From positions 128,001 to 192,000 of the forward strand of contig CAVSQW010000007.1 in the NCBI GenBank assembly GCA_963730185.1: a DNA stretch of 64,000 bases, read 5' to 3'. Positions 10,277-18,777 of the stretch are shown piece by piece. Position 1 is the first letter of the stretch. Each line of letters starts with the position of its first letter. This DNA is from an uncultured Gemmatimonadales bacterium. Its GTDB lineage: Bacteria > Gemmatimonadota > Gemmatimonadetes > Gemmatimonadales > GWC2-71-9. The translations under genes and the position numbers were made by a program. A model generated the notes under the pieces. It had not been told where the DNA came from. It did not search any database and worked only from the letters and a program-made list of their open reading frames with translations.

Positions 10277-11737
10277 TCAGTCGTCGAACTCGCGCCGCTT
10301 CTCGCGGCCGGGCCGGAGGGCCGACCACCCGATCTCCTCGTTCCGGCTGATCCGCTTCTGCGCCGCCAGGGCCTCGAGCACCAGCTCGCAGCCGGCCACG
10401 GCGGTGCCGGGATCGGTGGCGTCGCCCAGGGCCAGGTCGCGAACCAGGGGGAGGAGGCCCGGCACCACCCCGAACGCCTTGACCGCGACGTCGCTCCGCT
10501 CGTCGCCCCCGACCTTGAGCGCCTGCCCCCCGTCGAACCAGGCCACGATCGCCTCGATCCGCTCGGCGTCCTCCTCGCGAGCCCGGTCCAGGAAGGTGTG
10601 GTTGGCGGCCCGGCGGATCAGCTCCCGGGCGATGGTGTCGCTCCCCTGGAGCTCGCCCTCGTACTCGAGCTCGAGCTTGCCGGTGATGGCGGGCAGCGCC
10701 GCGTAGAGATCGCTGACCCGGGGGACCGCCGGCGTCTCGGCGTGGGCCAGGCTCCGCCGCTCCGCGTTGGACACCACGTTCTCGATCAGGCTGATCGGCA
10801 ACCGCTGGCTCACCCCCGACCGCTTGTCGATCCGCCGGTCCACCCTGGCCTCGAACGCCACCCGCTCGATCGCCTCGCGGATGAACTCCGGGACTTCGAC
10901 CTGCGGGCCGGCCCGGTCCACCCAGGCCTCCTGCGCGGTGATCCGCATCCCCAGGTCCACGTCACGGGGATAATGGGTCAGGATCTCGGCGCCGATCCGG
11001 TCCTTGAGCGGCGTGATGATCTTGCCGCGGGCGGTATAGTCCTCCGGGTTGGCGGTGAACACCAGGAGGACGTCGAGCGGCAACCGAACCGGGTAGCCTT
11101 TGATCTGGACGTCGCCTTCCTGCATGATGTTGAAGAGGCCCACCTGGATCTTGCCCGAGAGGTCGGGGAGCTCGTTGATCGCGAAGATCCCGCGATTGGC
11201 CCGGGGCAGGAGCCCGAAGTGCATCGTCAGCTCGTCGCTCAGGAGATGCCCGCCGCGGGCCGCCTTGATCGGATCGAGATCGCCGATCAGATCGGCGACG
11301 GTGACGTCGGGGGTGGCCAGCTTTTCCACGTAGCGGGCGTCGCGCCCCACCCAGGCGATCGGCGTGGCGGAGCCCAGCTCCTGAATCGTCTCTTTGGCGA
11401 ACCGCGAGATCGGTGCGAAGGGATCGTCGTTCACTTCGCTGCCGGCGACGATCGGCATCCAGTCGTCCAGGAACCGGACCAGGCTCCGGAGGATCCGGCT
11501 CTTGGCTTGGCCCCGGAGGCCGAGGAGAATGAAGTCCTGGCGGGCCAGGAGGGCGTTGACGATCTGGGGAACGATGGTGTCATCGTACCCGTGGACGCCC
11601 GGAACGAGCGCCTCGCCGCGGCTGATCGCCGCCAGCAGGTTGTCTCGGATCTCGTCGCGGACGGTTCGGGCTCGTCGCTCGGCGGAGCCCCAGGGGCTCG
11701 ATCGAAGCTCCGCCAGCGTGGTTGGTCGGTCGGTCAT
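10277..11737 (-). CDS. ChlI/MoxR-like AAA+ ATPase (magnesium chelatase-like, non-photosynthetic)
   Basis: Walker A variant [42 protein letters not shown]. Confidence 0.85.
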   Translation of the reverse strand: MTDRPTTLAELRSSPWGSAERRARTVRDEIRDNLLAAISRGEALVPGVHGYDDTIVPQIVNALLARQDFILLGLRGQAKSRILRSLVRFLDDWMPIVAGSEVNDDPFAPISRFAKETIQELGSATPIAWVGRDARYVEKLATPDVTVADLIGDLDPIKAARGGHLLSDELTMHFGLLPRANRGIFAINELPDLSGKIQVGLFNIMQEGDVQIKGYPVRLPLDVLLVFTANPEDYTARGKIITPLKDRIGAEILTHYPRDVDLGMRITAQEAWVDRAGPQVEVPEFIREAIERVAFEARVDRRIDKRSGVSQRLPISLIENVVSNAERRSLAHAETPAVPRVSDLYAALPAITGKLELEYEGELQGSDTIARELIRRAANHTFLDRAREEDAERIEAIVAWFDGGQALKVGGDERSDVAVKAFGVVPGLLPLVRDLALGDATDPGTAVAGCELVLEALAAQKRISRNEEIGWSALRPGREKRREFDD

Positions 11738-11851
11738 GGAGTCGTCTCGTAGTCAGAGCCGGAAGCGGCCGTCTCTCCTTCGAAGGGTAATCGACGGGTG
11801 CCAGAGGGAACCAGCCAGGGCGAGCCAGGCACCGCTAAGTCGTTGTGGTAT

Positions 11852-11880
11852 TTGACAGAAAGGCCACGGGTCGGTAAGCT
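11852..11880 (+). promoter_or_regulatory. Sigma70-type promoter for the small lipoprotein gene
   Basis: TTGACA (11852-11857), 17-nt spacer, TAAGCT (11875-11880). Confidence 0.65.
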
Positions 11881-11954
11881 TCCAGTCTTCGCCCGGTCAG
11901 ACAACCGCCGGTCCGCTGGACCCCCCGGAACCCAACTGAATGAAGGAGTACCCA

Positions 11955-12131
11955 ATGAAGAAGCTCCTTGCCGTCGTTGCCCTCGTGACGCTCGCCGCGT
12001 GCGGTGAAAAGAAGGCCCCCATGCCGGCCGCCGATACCGCCGCGGCCGCCGCGCCGGCGCCTGCCGCCGCCGCTGACACGACCATGAGGGCCGACAGCGC
12101 GATGGCAGGCGACACCGCGCACAAGATGTAG
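11955..12131 (+). CDS. Small Ala-rich lipoprotein (58 aa)
   Basis: AAGGAG SD; MKKLLAVVALVTLAAC lipobox; own promoter and terminator hairpin. Confidence 0.85.
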   Translation: MKKLLAVVALVTLAACGEKKAPMPAADTAAAAAPAPAAAADTTMRADSAMAGDTAHKM

Positions 12132-12149
12132 GCTGGGCCGCTCGAATCT

Positions 12150-12180
12150 CGAAGCCCCGGCGGTCGTCGCCGGGGCTTCG
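12150..12180. terminator. GC-rich hairpin between convergent genes (likely terminator)
   Basis: Perfect 13-bp inverted repeat CGAAGCCCCGGCG-gtcgt-CGCCGGGGCTTCG; no clear U-tract. Confidence 0.65.
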
Positions 12181-12201
12181 CGCGTTCCAACCGGTGCACC
12201 C

Positions 12202-13179
12202 TCAGCCCGCCAGAGAATCGAACGGGAGGGCCACGACCTGGACCGTCCCCTCGCCTTGGCGGAGTTTCGTCCCGAGCTCGACCTCGTGCCGAAGCCGGGC
12301 CAAGGCCATGCGGGGCGTGCCATCGACTTCGAGCTGGGTGGTCACGCTGCCGACCGTCCGGTCCTCCAGCGCCAGCGCGTCGCCCGACGGGGCCCGCCCG
12401 TTGGTCGGTACCACGCCTCGCAGCAGCCAGTTCGGGTGGCCGCGGAAGTGAATCCGCGCCACGGTCTCCTGGCCTACGTAACATCCCTTGGTGTAGGACA
12501 CCCCGTCGATCTCGTCGAACCGGACCTCTTGCGGCAGCGTCTTGGAGCCGATGTCTACCCCCAATGTCGGGAAGCCGGCCAGCACCCGGGCGGCCCGAAG
12601 GTCGCTTCGCGTGCCGACTACCGCTCCCGCGTCCCGCAAGCTCTTCGCGATGCCCGCCAACGCCTCGGGCGGACCGGCCACCACCCACGCGAACGGCCCC
12701 GTGGCCTTCGCTCGGCCGACCCAGACGGCCCCCGGGCCGCACTCCACCAGGGCGGCCTGACCGGCGCCCAGATCCGGGACGCACCCGAGCGACTGGCCCA
12801 CCTCGGCCGCCCCGCCCCCGAGCAGCCAGATCGCCCCCCAGGCGTCGGTATGGTCCGTGACCCGGGCCAGTCGCGGCGGCAGCTGGCGACCGAACAGCTC
12901 CAGCGCGGGTACCCGTCCGAGCGGGTCGGCCAAGAGGAGAAAGGCGCCGCCGTGCCGCATGACCCAGAAGTCCACCGCGATCATGCCTTTGGGGGTGAGC
13001 AGCCCGGCGTAGATCAGGCTGCAGTCGCCCGGCTTCTCGACGTCGTTGGTCAGGAGACCTTGGAGGCAGGCCACGGCACCGGGACCCTCGATGCCGAGGA
13101 GCATCGGGTGGTCGGGCACGAGCACGGCGCCGGCTCGGAGCCGGGCGAGCTCTCCGACGGATAGGCGAATGGTCTCCAC
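12202..13179 (-). CDS. ygfZ: YgfZ/GcvT-family folate-binding Fe-S cluster repair protein
   Basis: LQGLLTNDV, LTPKG, and the signature SYTKGCYVGQE. Confidence 0.85.
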   Translation of the reverse strand: METIRLSVGELARLRAGAVLVPDHPMLLGIEGPGAVACLQGLLTNDVEKPGDCSLIYAGLLTPKGMIAVDFWVMRHGGAFLLLADPLGRVPALELFGRQLPPRLARVTDHTDAWGAIWLLGGGAAEVGQSLGCVPDLGAGQAALVECGPGAVWVGRAKATGPFAWVVAGPPEALAGIAKSLRDAGAVVGTRSDLRAARVLAGFPTLGVDIGSKTLPQEVRFDEIDGVSYTKGCYVGQETVARIHFRGHPNWLLRGVVPTNGRAPSGDALALEDRTVGSVTTQLEVDGTPRMALARLRHEVELGTKLRQGEGTVQVVALPFDSLAG

Positions 13180-13213
13180 AGTAGGGAAGGTAACCAGCCC
13201 TTCCCGACTGGGG

Positions 13214-16200
13214 TCAATCCGAGCGCATGACCGCCACCGGATCGACCCGGGTCGCCTGGCGGGCCGGCACCCAGGAGGCGATCAGGGCGGTCGCGAGCAC
13301 CCCGAGTGTTGCCAGACCGTAGGTCAGCGGATCGTGGGTATCGATGCCGAACAGCTGCGACTCGATCAGTCGGGAGCCGGCGACCGCGAGGCCGAGGCCG
13401 GCGACCGCCCCCAGCGCGACCGGGAGGATTCCCTGGATCACGACCTGGCGCCGAACCCCCCCGGGGCTGGCGCCGAGCGCGAGCCGGATCCCGATCTCCC
13501 GGTGGCGCTGCTCCACGGCGTGGCGGAGCACGCCATGCAGCCCGACACCGGTGAGTACCACCGTGGAGACCGCGAAGAGAACCAGCAGCGTCATCGTGAG
13601 TCGCTGCCGGGCGGTGCTCTCCCAGAGGAGTTGGCGGACCGGGTCGATCGAGACGGTCGGCACCGCGGCATCGATCCTGGTGAGTACCGTCCGGAGCGCC
13701 GGCGTCAGGGCGTCGGGCGCCAGCGACCCCCGGATCAGCAGCGTAGCCCGCGTGGTCTGGTCGTCGAAAGGGTGATAGAGCTGGAAGTCGTCGACGCCGA
13801 GCGCCCCGAGGCCGAGGCCGGCGGCGGTGCCTGCCACCCCGACGATTCGGAGCCAGCGTTTGCCGTCCAGCCGGATCCGGCCACCGACGGCACCTCCCCG
13901 GGGCCAGAACCGTCGAGCCAGGCGATCGTTGATGATGACGGCGTCGGGCTCTCCCTCTGGAAACGTGGGGTCGAACGAGCGCCCGGCCAGGATCGGAACG
14001 CCCAAGGTCCGGAAATAGCCGGGGTCCACCTGGTTGGAGGCGAAAACCCTCGGGGTGTCGCCTGGCGTCAGCGTCAGGCCGTCGACCTCGAGTGAGCCGA
14101 ACTCGATCCCGAGCTGAGGTGGCGAGTTGTCGGCCAGGGTGGTGCCCGTCACCCCCGGGATGGCCTCGGCCTGCTCGGTCAACGCCCGATAGAAAGGCGG
14201 CCGCGACGGGCCGTTCGGATACCGCCAGCTCGGGAGATCGATCGACACCGCCGTCAGCTGGTCGGCGGCAAAGCCGACGTCCGCCGTGGTGAGGTTCCAG
14301 ACCGTTCGGACCAGGAGGCCGGCCCCGACCAGGAGGGTGAGCGACAGTCCCGCTTCGAGCCCGATCACCAGCCGCCGCAGCCGAGGGGCCCGATCGGCGG
14401 ACCGTCCCCCGCTCCTGAGGAGCCCGGGCGTACCCATTCGGCTGGCGCGCCAGGCGGGGACCAGCCCGGCGATCAGCGCCACGATCAGCGTCAGGGCCAG
14501 CGCGGTGGCCAGCGAGCGGTGATCGAGTCGCACCGTCGCCAGCGCGGCGAGCCCGGGCCCCCGGGGAGGGTTGGCCGCCACGGCCCGGAGGAGCGAGGCC
14601 CCGAGAGCGAGGCCGGCGAGCCCCCCGAGCGCCGCCAGCACCAAGGACTCCACCAATCCCTGGGCCAGGAGGCGAAGCCGAGACGCGCCCAGTGCCGCCC
14701 GGGTCGCGAGCTCGCGGGAGCGCTCCACCGCCCGGGCCAGCAAGAGGTGGCTTACGTTAGCCGAGGCCACCAGCAGGAGGACGCCGACGGCGGCCAGGAG
14801 GGCATAGAGGCTCTGCACCGTCCCGCGCCCGATCAGGTCGGCCGGCGTCGCCACCGTCATCGTCCAGTCCTTGAAGTCCGGATCGTCGGCTGCAACCGCA
14901 GCCGAGATCACGGCCAGCTCGCGATTCGCCTGGACCGGCTCGACGCCGGGAGCGAGACGGGCCAGCATCTGGATCGAGCGGGACGGCGGGAGGCTCGACT
15001 CCGGCGGAATCGGGACCCAGAGGTCGATGGACCCGCTCAGCCCGGGGACGGTCCGGAGGGTCGCCGGTGCGATGCCGACAATCCGGTACGGCTCGCCGTC
15101 CAGCGTCATCGTCCGGCCCACCACGCTCGAGTCGCGCCCGAACCGGCGGACCCAGAGGTCACGGCTCAGGATGGCTACCCGGGTGCCCTCGACTCGCTCG
15201 GCCCGTGAGAAGGGCCTCCCTCGGAGGAGCGGCACCCGGAGAAAGTCGAAGAACCCGTCGGCGACGCGGACCGCCGTCAGCTGCTCGGGGTCGAGGGCGC
15301 CGCCCAGCACCATCGTCTGCCGGTCGTACGGCTCGACCCTGGTGCCGCTCCCGAGGCCTCGCCGGATCTCGGGCAGCAGCCGGGCCGGGGGGAACGATCG
15401 AATGGTGCTGGACGCCGTGAGCCGCTTGGTCTGGAAGATCGGAGTGAGCCGGTCGGCGTCCGGCAGCGGGTAAGGCTGGACCAGCATCCGGTCGACCACG
15501 GTTCCCATGGCGGTCGCCCCGCCGATCCCGAGCGCCAGGGTGAGCACCGCGGTGACGGCGAGGCCGGGTCGGCGGCGGAGCGAGCGAAACGAGATCTTGA
15601 GGTCGTCCCTGAGGGCGACGAGCTGATGCCGCACGGTCGAGACCTCCGGCTGGGTCGAGCGGACGGGCGCCTGCCGCGGGCTCCCGACCCGCCGCCAGGG
15701 CCACCGGCGCCGACCGCCGGCGGTCCGAAGCTCGGCGACCAGGGCCAGGGCGGAGCCGAAGCCCCCATCCTCGGCGCGGCGGAGCAGCGCTTGCTGCGCG
15801 GCGGTCGCGCCGGTCCCGAGCCACCCCGCGGCCAAGGCTGCCAGGGCCCGGCGGTCGGTCGCGGGGCCGGACTCGCCGGCGGGATCGGGGTCCAGGCCGC
15901 CCGCGAGGATCGTAACCCGGTCTCCCGTGAGCCGGATCGTCTCGGGGGAGAGGGCGCCGTGGACGGCGCCCCGCTCGTGGGCGAAGTCCAGGGCGGCTGC
16001 GACCGTCTCCAGCGTCGCCACCGCCCGAGCCGGGTCAAGCGGACCGGCCTCGGCGACGACCTCGTGGAGCGGGCGGCCCGGGGCGGGGGCCGCCGCCAGG
16101 TAGAGGCGGCCGGCCGCCTCACCGGCATCGACGATCGGCGCGATCGCGGGATGGTGCGGCAGCCGGATCCAGGCGCCGACCCGGCGGAAGAAGGCGCCGC

Positions 16201-16582
16201 CGTCGGCCGGGGCTACCCGCTCGGGATCGAAGAGGCGGAGCTCGGTGCTCCGTCCGAAGCGGCGTCCCCGGGCGGCGTACCACTCGCTCCCGCGGTCGCG
16301 ACGGACGATCCCGTCCACCAGATAGCGCTCGGCCAGCGCGGAGGCGACCCTTGGGTCGGGGACCGGCGGCCCGGGCTCGATCTGAAACAACTCGTCGAAC
16401 GAGACCTCGAACAGCGCCAGGAGCCGCTCCCGGGTCCGGGCCGACGGGCTCGGATAACGGCCCCTGAGCAGATTCGACCAGTGGCCGCGCGAGATCCCCA
16501 GCCGGATGGCCAGATGGTTCTGGCTCAGCGGGCTTCTGGCGACGAGGTCGCGGAGGCGGTCGAGTCGGACGGTGATCCGCAT
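13214..16582 (-). CDS. Fusion: XRE-type HTH + degenerate Ser/Thr kinase fold + duplicated MacB/FtsX (ADOP-type) permease
   Basis: Single 1122-aa frame: LSQNHLAIRLGISRGHWSNLLRG (HTH); HPAIAPIVDAGE…LDFAHERGAVHGALSPETI (kinase-like); DLKISFRSLRRRPG…LTLALGIG, RSRELATRAALGAS, RHREIGIRLALGAS, PARQATRVDPVAVMRSD (ADOP). Confidence 0.85.
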   Translation of the reverse strand: MRITVRLDRLRDLVARSPLSQNHLAIRLGISRGHWSNLLRGRYPSPSARTRERLLALFEVSFDELFQIEPGPPVPDPRVASALAERYLVDGIVRRDRGSEWYAARGRRFGRSTELRLFDPERVAPADGGAFFRRVGAWIRLPHHPAIAPIVDAGEAAGRLYLAAAPAPGRPLHEVVAEAGPLDPARAVATLETVAAALDFAHERGAVHGALSPETIRLTGDRVTILAGGLDPDPAGESGPATDRRALAALAAGWLGTGATAAQQALLRRAEDGGFGSALALVAELRTAGGRRRWPWRRVGSPRQAPVRSTQPEVSTVRHQLVALRDDLKISFRSLRRRPGLAVTAVLTLALGIGGATAMGTVVDRMLVQPYPLPDADRLTPIFQTKRLTASSTIRSFPPARLLPEIRRGLGSGTRVEPYDRQTMVLGGALDPEQLTAVRVADGFFDFLRVPLLRGRPFSRAERVEGTRVAILSRDLWVRRFGRDSSVVGRTMTLDGEPYRIVGIAPATLRTVPGLSGSIDLWVPIPPESSLPPSRSIQMLARLAPGVEPVQANRELAVISAAVAADDPDFKDWTMTVATPADLIGRGTVQSLYALLAAVGVLLLVASANVSHLLLARAVERSRELATRAALGASRLRLLAQGLVESLVLAALGGLAGLALGASLLRAVAANPPRGPGLAALATVRLDHRSLATALALTLIVALIAGLVPAWRASRMGTPGLLRSGGRSADRAPRLRRLVIGLEAGLSLTLLVGAGLLVRTVWNLTTADVGFAADQLTAVSIDLPSWRYPNGPSRPPFYRALTEQAEAIPGVTGTTLADNSPPQLGIEFGSLEVDGLTLTPGDTPRVFASNQVDPGYFRTLGVPILAGRSFDPTFPEGEPDAVIINDRLARRFWPRGGAVGGRIRLDGKRWLRIVGVAGTAAGLGLGALGVDDFQLYHPFDDQTTRATLLIRGSLAPDALTPALRTVLTRIDAAVPTVSIDPVRQLLWESTARQRLTMTLLVLFAVSTVVLTGVGLHGVLRHAVEQRHREIGIRLALGASPGGVRRQVVIQGILPVALGAVAGLGLAVAGSRLIESQLFGIDTHDPLTYGLATLGVLATALIASWVPARQATRVDPVAVMRSD

Positions 16583-16596
16583 GGGGCTCGCTGGCG

Positions 16597-16625
16597 ATGG
16601 TGGCACGCCGGCGCACCGGGGTCAA
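16597..16625 (-). promoter_or_regulatory. Possible sigma70 promoter of the HTH-pseudokinase-permease gene
   Basis: Minus strand TTGACC-17 nt-CACCAT, 14 nt before ATG 16582. Confidence 0.4.
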
Positions 16626-16749
16626 GGCCTTCGCGCCACCAGGTGTTTCGCAACGTTCGGTGAGGCCGTTCCGGCGGCCGGGCGGGGCGGCTTGCCCCCC
16701 CGAAACGGGCGGGCTTACCCTTCGACCGACCCATTCCGAATGGACTCCG

Positions 16750-17115
16750 ATGGCGCACACCCCGATCGACCTGGCGGAGAAGCTCAGCCGGATTCCCGAG
16801 CTCTGGAGCCCGCGGATCGTGGCCGAAGTCAACGGTCAGCACGTCAAGCTGGCCCGGATCCAGGGTGAGTTCGTCTGGCATCGGCACGACGACGAGGACG
16901 AGCTCTTCCTGGTGGTGAAGGGCCGGCTCCGCCTCGAGCTTCGCGACGGGGCGGTCGAGCTCGAGCCGGGCCAGTGCTACGTGGTGCCACGCGGCGTGGA
17001 GCACCGTCCGATCGCCCTCGAGGAGACCCACATCCTGATGTTCGAGCCGGCCGGAACGCTCAACACCGGCAACGTCCGGAGCGAGCGCACCGTGGCCGAC
17101 CCGGCCTGGCTCTGA
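16750..17115 (+). CDS. Cupin domain protein
   Basis: GEFVWHRHDDEDELFLV and VVPRGVEHRP cupin metal motifs. Confidence 0.9.
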   Translation: MAHTPIDLAEKLSRIPELWSPRIVAEVNGQHVKLARIQGEFVWHRHDDEDELFLVVKGRLRLELRDGAVELEPGQCYVVPRGVEHRPIALEETHILMFEPAGTLNTGNVRSERTVADPAWL

Positions 17116-17126
17116 ACGGAGCCTCC

Positions 17127-17489
17127 ATGCCGAGACTGATCGCCGGCCCGACCATCGTGGAAGCCGCCGGCAACCCGCCGAAGCGGATCGAGGAGTTCGT
17201 CGGCCGGGTCAACTCCGCCCACCAGGCCGTGAGCGTCGCCCGGATGGTGTCGCCCGGTGGCTGGCAGGAGCCGGGCCAGCGTCCCGGGTTCGAGGAGATC
17301 ACCGTCGTGCTCCGGGGGCTGCTCCAGGTGGAATACGAAGGCGGAACGATGCAGGTGCGGGCCGGCCAGGCGGTGGTGACCGCGGCGGGCGAGTGGGTTC
17401 GCTACAGCACGCCCGGTGAGGATGGCGCCGAGTACCTCGCCGTCTGCCTGCCCGCCTTCTCTCCCGCGACGGTTCATCGCGATTCCTAG
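17127..17489 (+). CDS. Cupin domain protein (EutQ-like)
   Basis: MPRLIAGPTIVEAAGNPPKRIEEFVGRVN…WQEPGQRPGFEEITVVLRG; GGAG SD. Confidence 0.85.
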   Translation: MPRLIAGPTIVEAAGNPPKRIEEFVGRVNSAHQAVSVARMVSPGGWQEPGQRPGFEEITVVLRGLLQVEYEGGTMQVRAGQAVVTAAGEWVRYSTPGEDGAEYLAVCLPAFSPATVHRDS

Positions 17490-17490
17490 C

Positions 17491-18774
17491 ATGGACCGGG
17501 AACGGTGGCGACGCCTCGAGGAGGTGTTCGACCGGGCCAGCCGGCTCACCGGCGACGACCGCTTGGCGTACCTGGACCGGTCCTGCGTTGGCGATCCCGA
17601 GCTCCGCCGCGAGGTGGAGACCTTGCTCGGGGCCGACGATCATCCCAGCGGCTTCATCCGCCGGCCGATCCTCGACGCCGCGGCGCTCCGGCTCCAGACC
17701 CCGGTGCCCCCCGGTACCCGCTTCGGCGCCTATCGGGTCCTCCGGCTGCTCGGTCGGGGCGGGATGGGGGTCGTGCTGCTGGCCGAACGGGCCGACCAGG
17801 AGTACCGGGCCAAGGTGGCGATCAAGGTGCTGGACGGGGCCATGGCCACCGCGCGCGATGCCCGCCGCTTCCGGGTCGAGCGCCAGATCCTGGCCGACCT
17901 GGACCACCCCAACATCGCCCGGCTGCTCGACGGCGGCACCACCGAGGACGATCTGCCCTACGTGGTGATGGAGTACGTCGACGGCGAGCCGATCGACGAA
18001 TACTGCGACCGTCACCAGCTCTCGGTCCGCCAGCGGGTGGATCTCTTCCTGGCCGTAGGCGACGCCGTGGACCACGCCCACAGCCGCCACGTGATCCACC
18101 GGGACATCAAGCCGGGCAACGTCCTGGTCACGAGCTACGGCGCCCCCAAGCTGCTCGACTTCGGGATCGCCAAGCTGACCGAGCCGGAGCCGGGCGCCGA
18201 CCTCCCCCGGACCACGACGACCGGCGCGATCCGGATGACCCCGCACTACGCCAGTCCCGAGCAGCTCCAGGGCGGCCCGGTCACGGTCGCCACCGACGTC
18301 TACTCGCTCGGGATCCTGCTCTATCGCTTGCTGGTGGGGCGGCTTCCCTACCGGTTCCGGAGCCCGACGCCGATCGACATCGCCGACGTGGTGCTCCGCT
18401 CGGAGCCGGAACGACCGAGCGACGCCCTGACCCGGAGTCACGATACCGAAACCACCGCCGGCGCCGCCGAGCTGGCGGCCCACCGGGGGCTGTCGGTCCG
18501 CCAACTCCGGAAGGAGCTCCGCGGCGACCTCGACGCGATTCTGCTGACCGCGCTGGCCAAGGATCCCGCCGCCCGCTACCCGGGGGTGGTGGACCTGGCG
18601 CGCGATCTCAGGCGCCACCTGACCGGCATGCCGATCGGGGTGGTGCCGAGCCGGACCGCCTACCGGACCGGCAAGTTCCTGCGTAGGAACGCGGCTCTGC
18701 TCGGCTGGATCGGCTTTGGGGTGGTGACGATCGTGATCCTGACCGTGGTGGTGACCCTGGCCTTGATCCGCTGA
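17491..18774 (+). CDS. Ser/Thr protein kinase with N-terminal 'ERWRRLEEVF' helix and a C-terminal TM anchor
   Basis: GRGGMG, VAIK, HRDIKPGN, DFG, YASPEQ, DVYSLG all intact; ends with a single hydrophobic helix. Confidence 0.92.
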   Translation: MDRERWRRLEEVFDRASRLTGDDRLAYLDRSCVGDPELRREVETLLGADDHPSGFIRRPILDAAALRLQTPVPPGTRFGAYRVLRLLGRGGMGVVLLAERADQEYRAKVAIKVLDGAMATARDARRFRVERQILADLDHPNIARLLDGGTTEDDLPYVVMEYVDGEPIDEYCDRHQLSVRQRVDLFLAVGDAVDHAHSRHVIHRDIKPGNVLVTSYGAPKLLDFGIAKLTEPEPGADLPRTTTTGAIRMTPHYASPEQLQGGPVTVATDVYSLGILLYRLLVGRLPYRFRSPTPIDIADVVLRSEPERPSDALTRSHDTETTAGAAELAAHRGLSVRQLRKELRGDLDAILLTALAKDPAARYPGVVDLARDLRRHLTGMPIGVVPSRTAYRTGKFLRRNAALLGWIGFGVVTIVILTVVVTLALIR

Positions 18775-18777
18775 CGG

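Noticed and set aside
10277..11737. Magnesium chelatase as evidence of phototrophy
   Set aside because: No bch/puf genes; belongs to the widespread VWA-associated ATPase type
11955..12131. Small Ala-rich ORF as a RiPP precursor
   Set aside because: Clear lipobox, own promoter and terminator, and more than 40 kb from the modifying enzymes
16380..16582. XRE HTH as a prophage repressor
   Set aside because: Fused to a permease; no integrase or phage genes in the window
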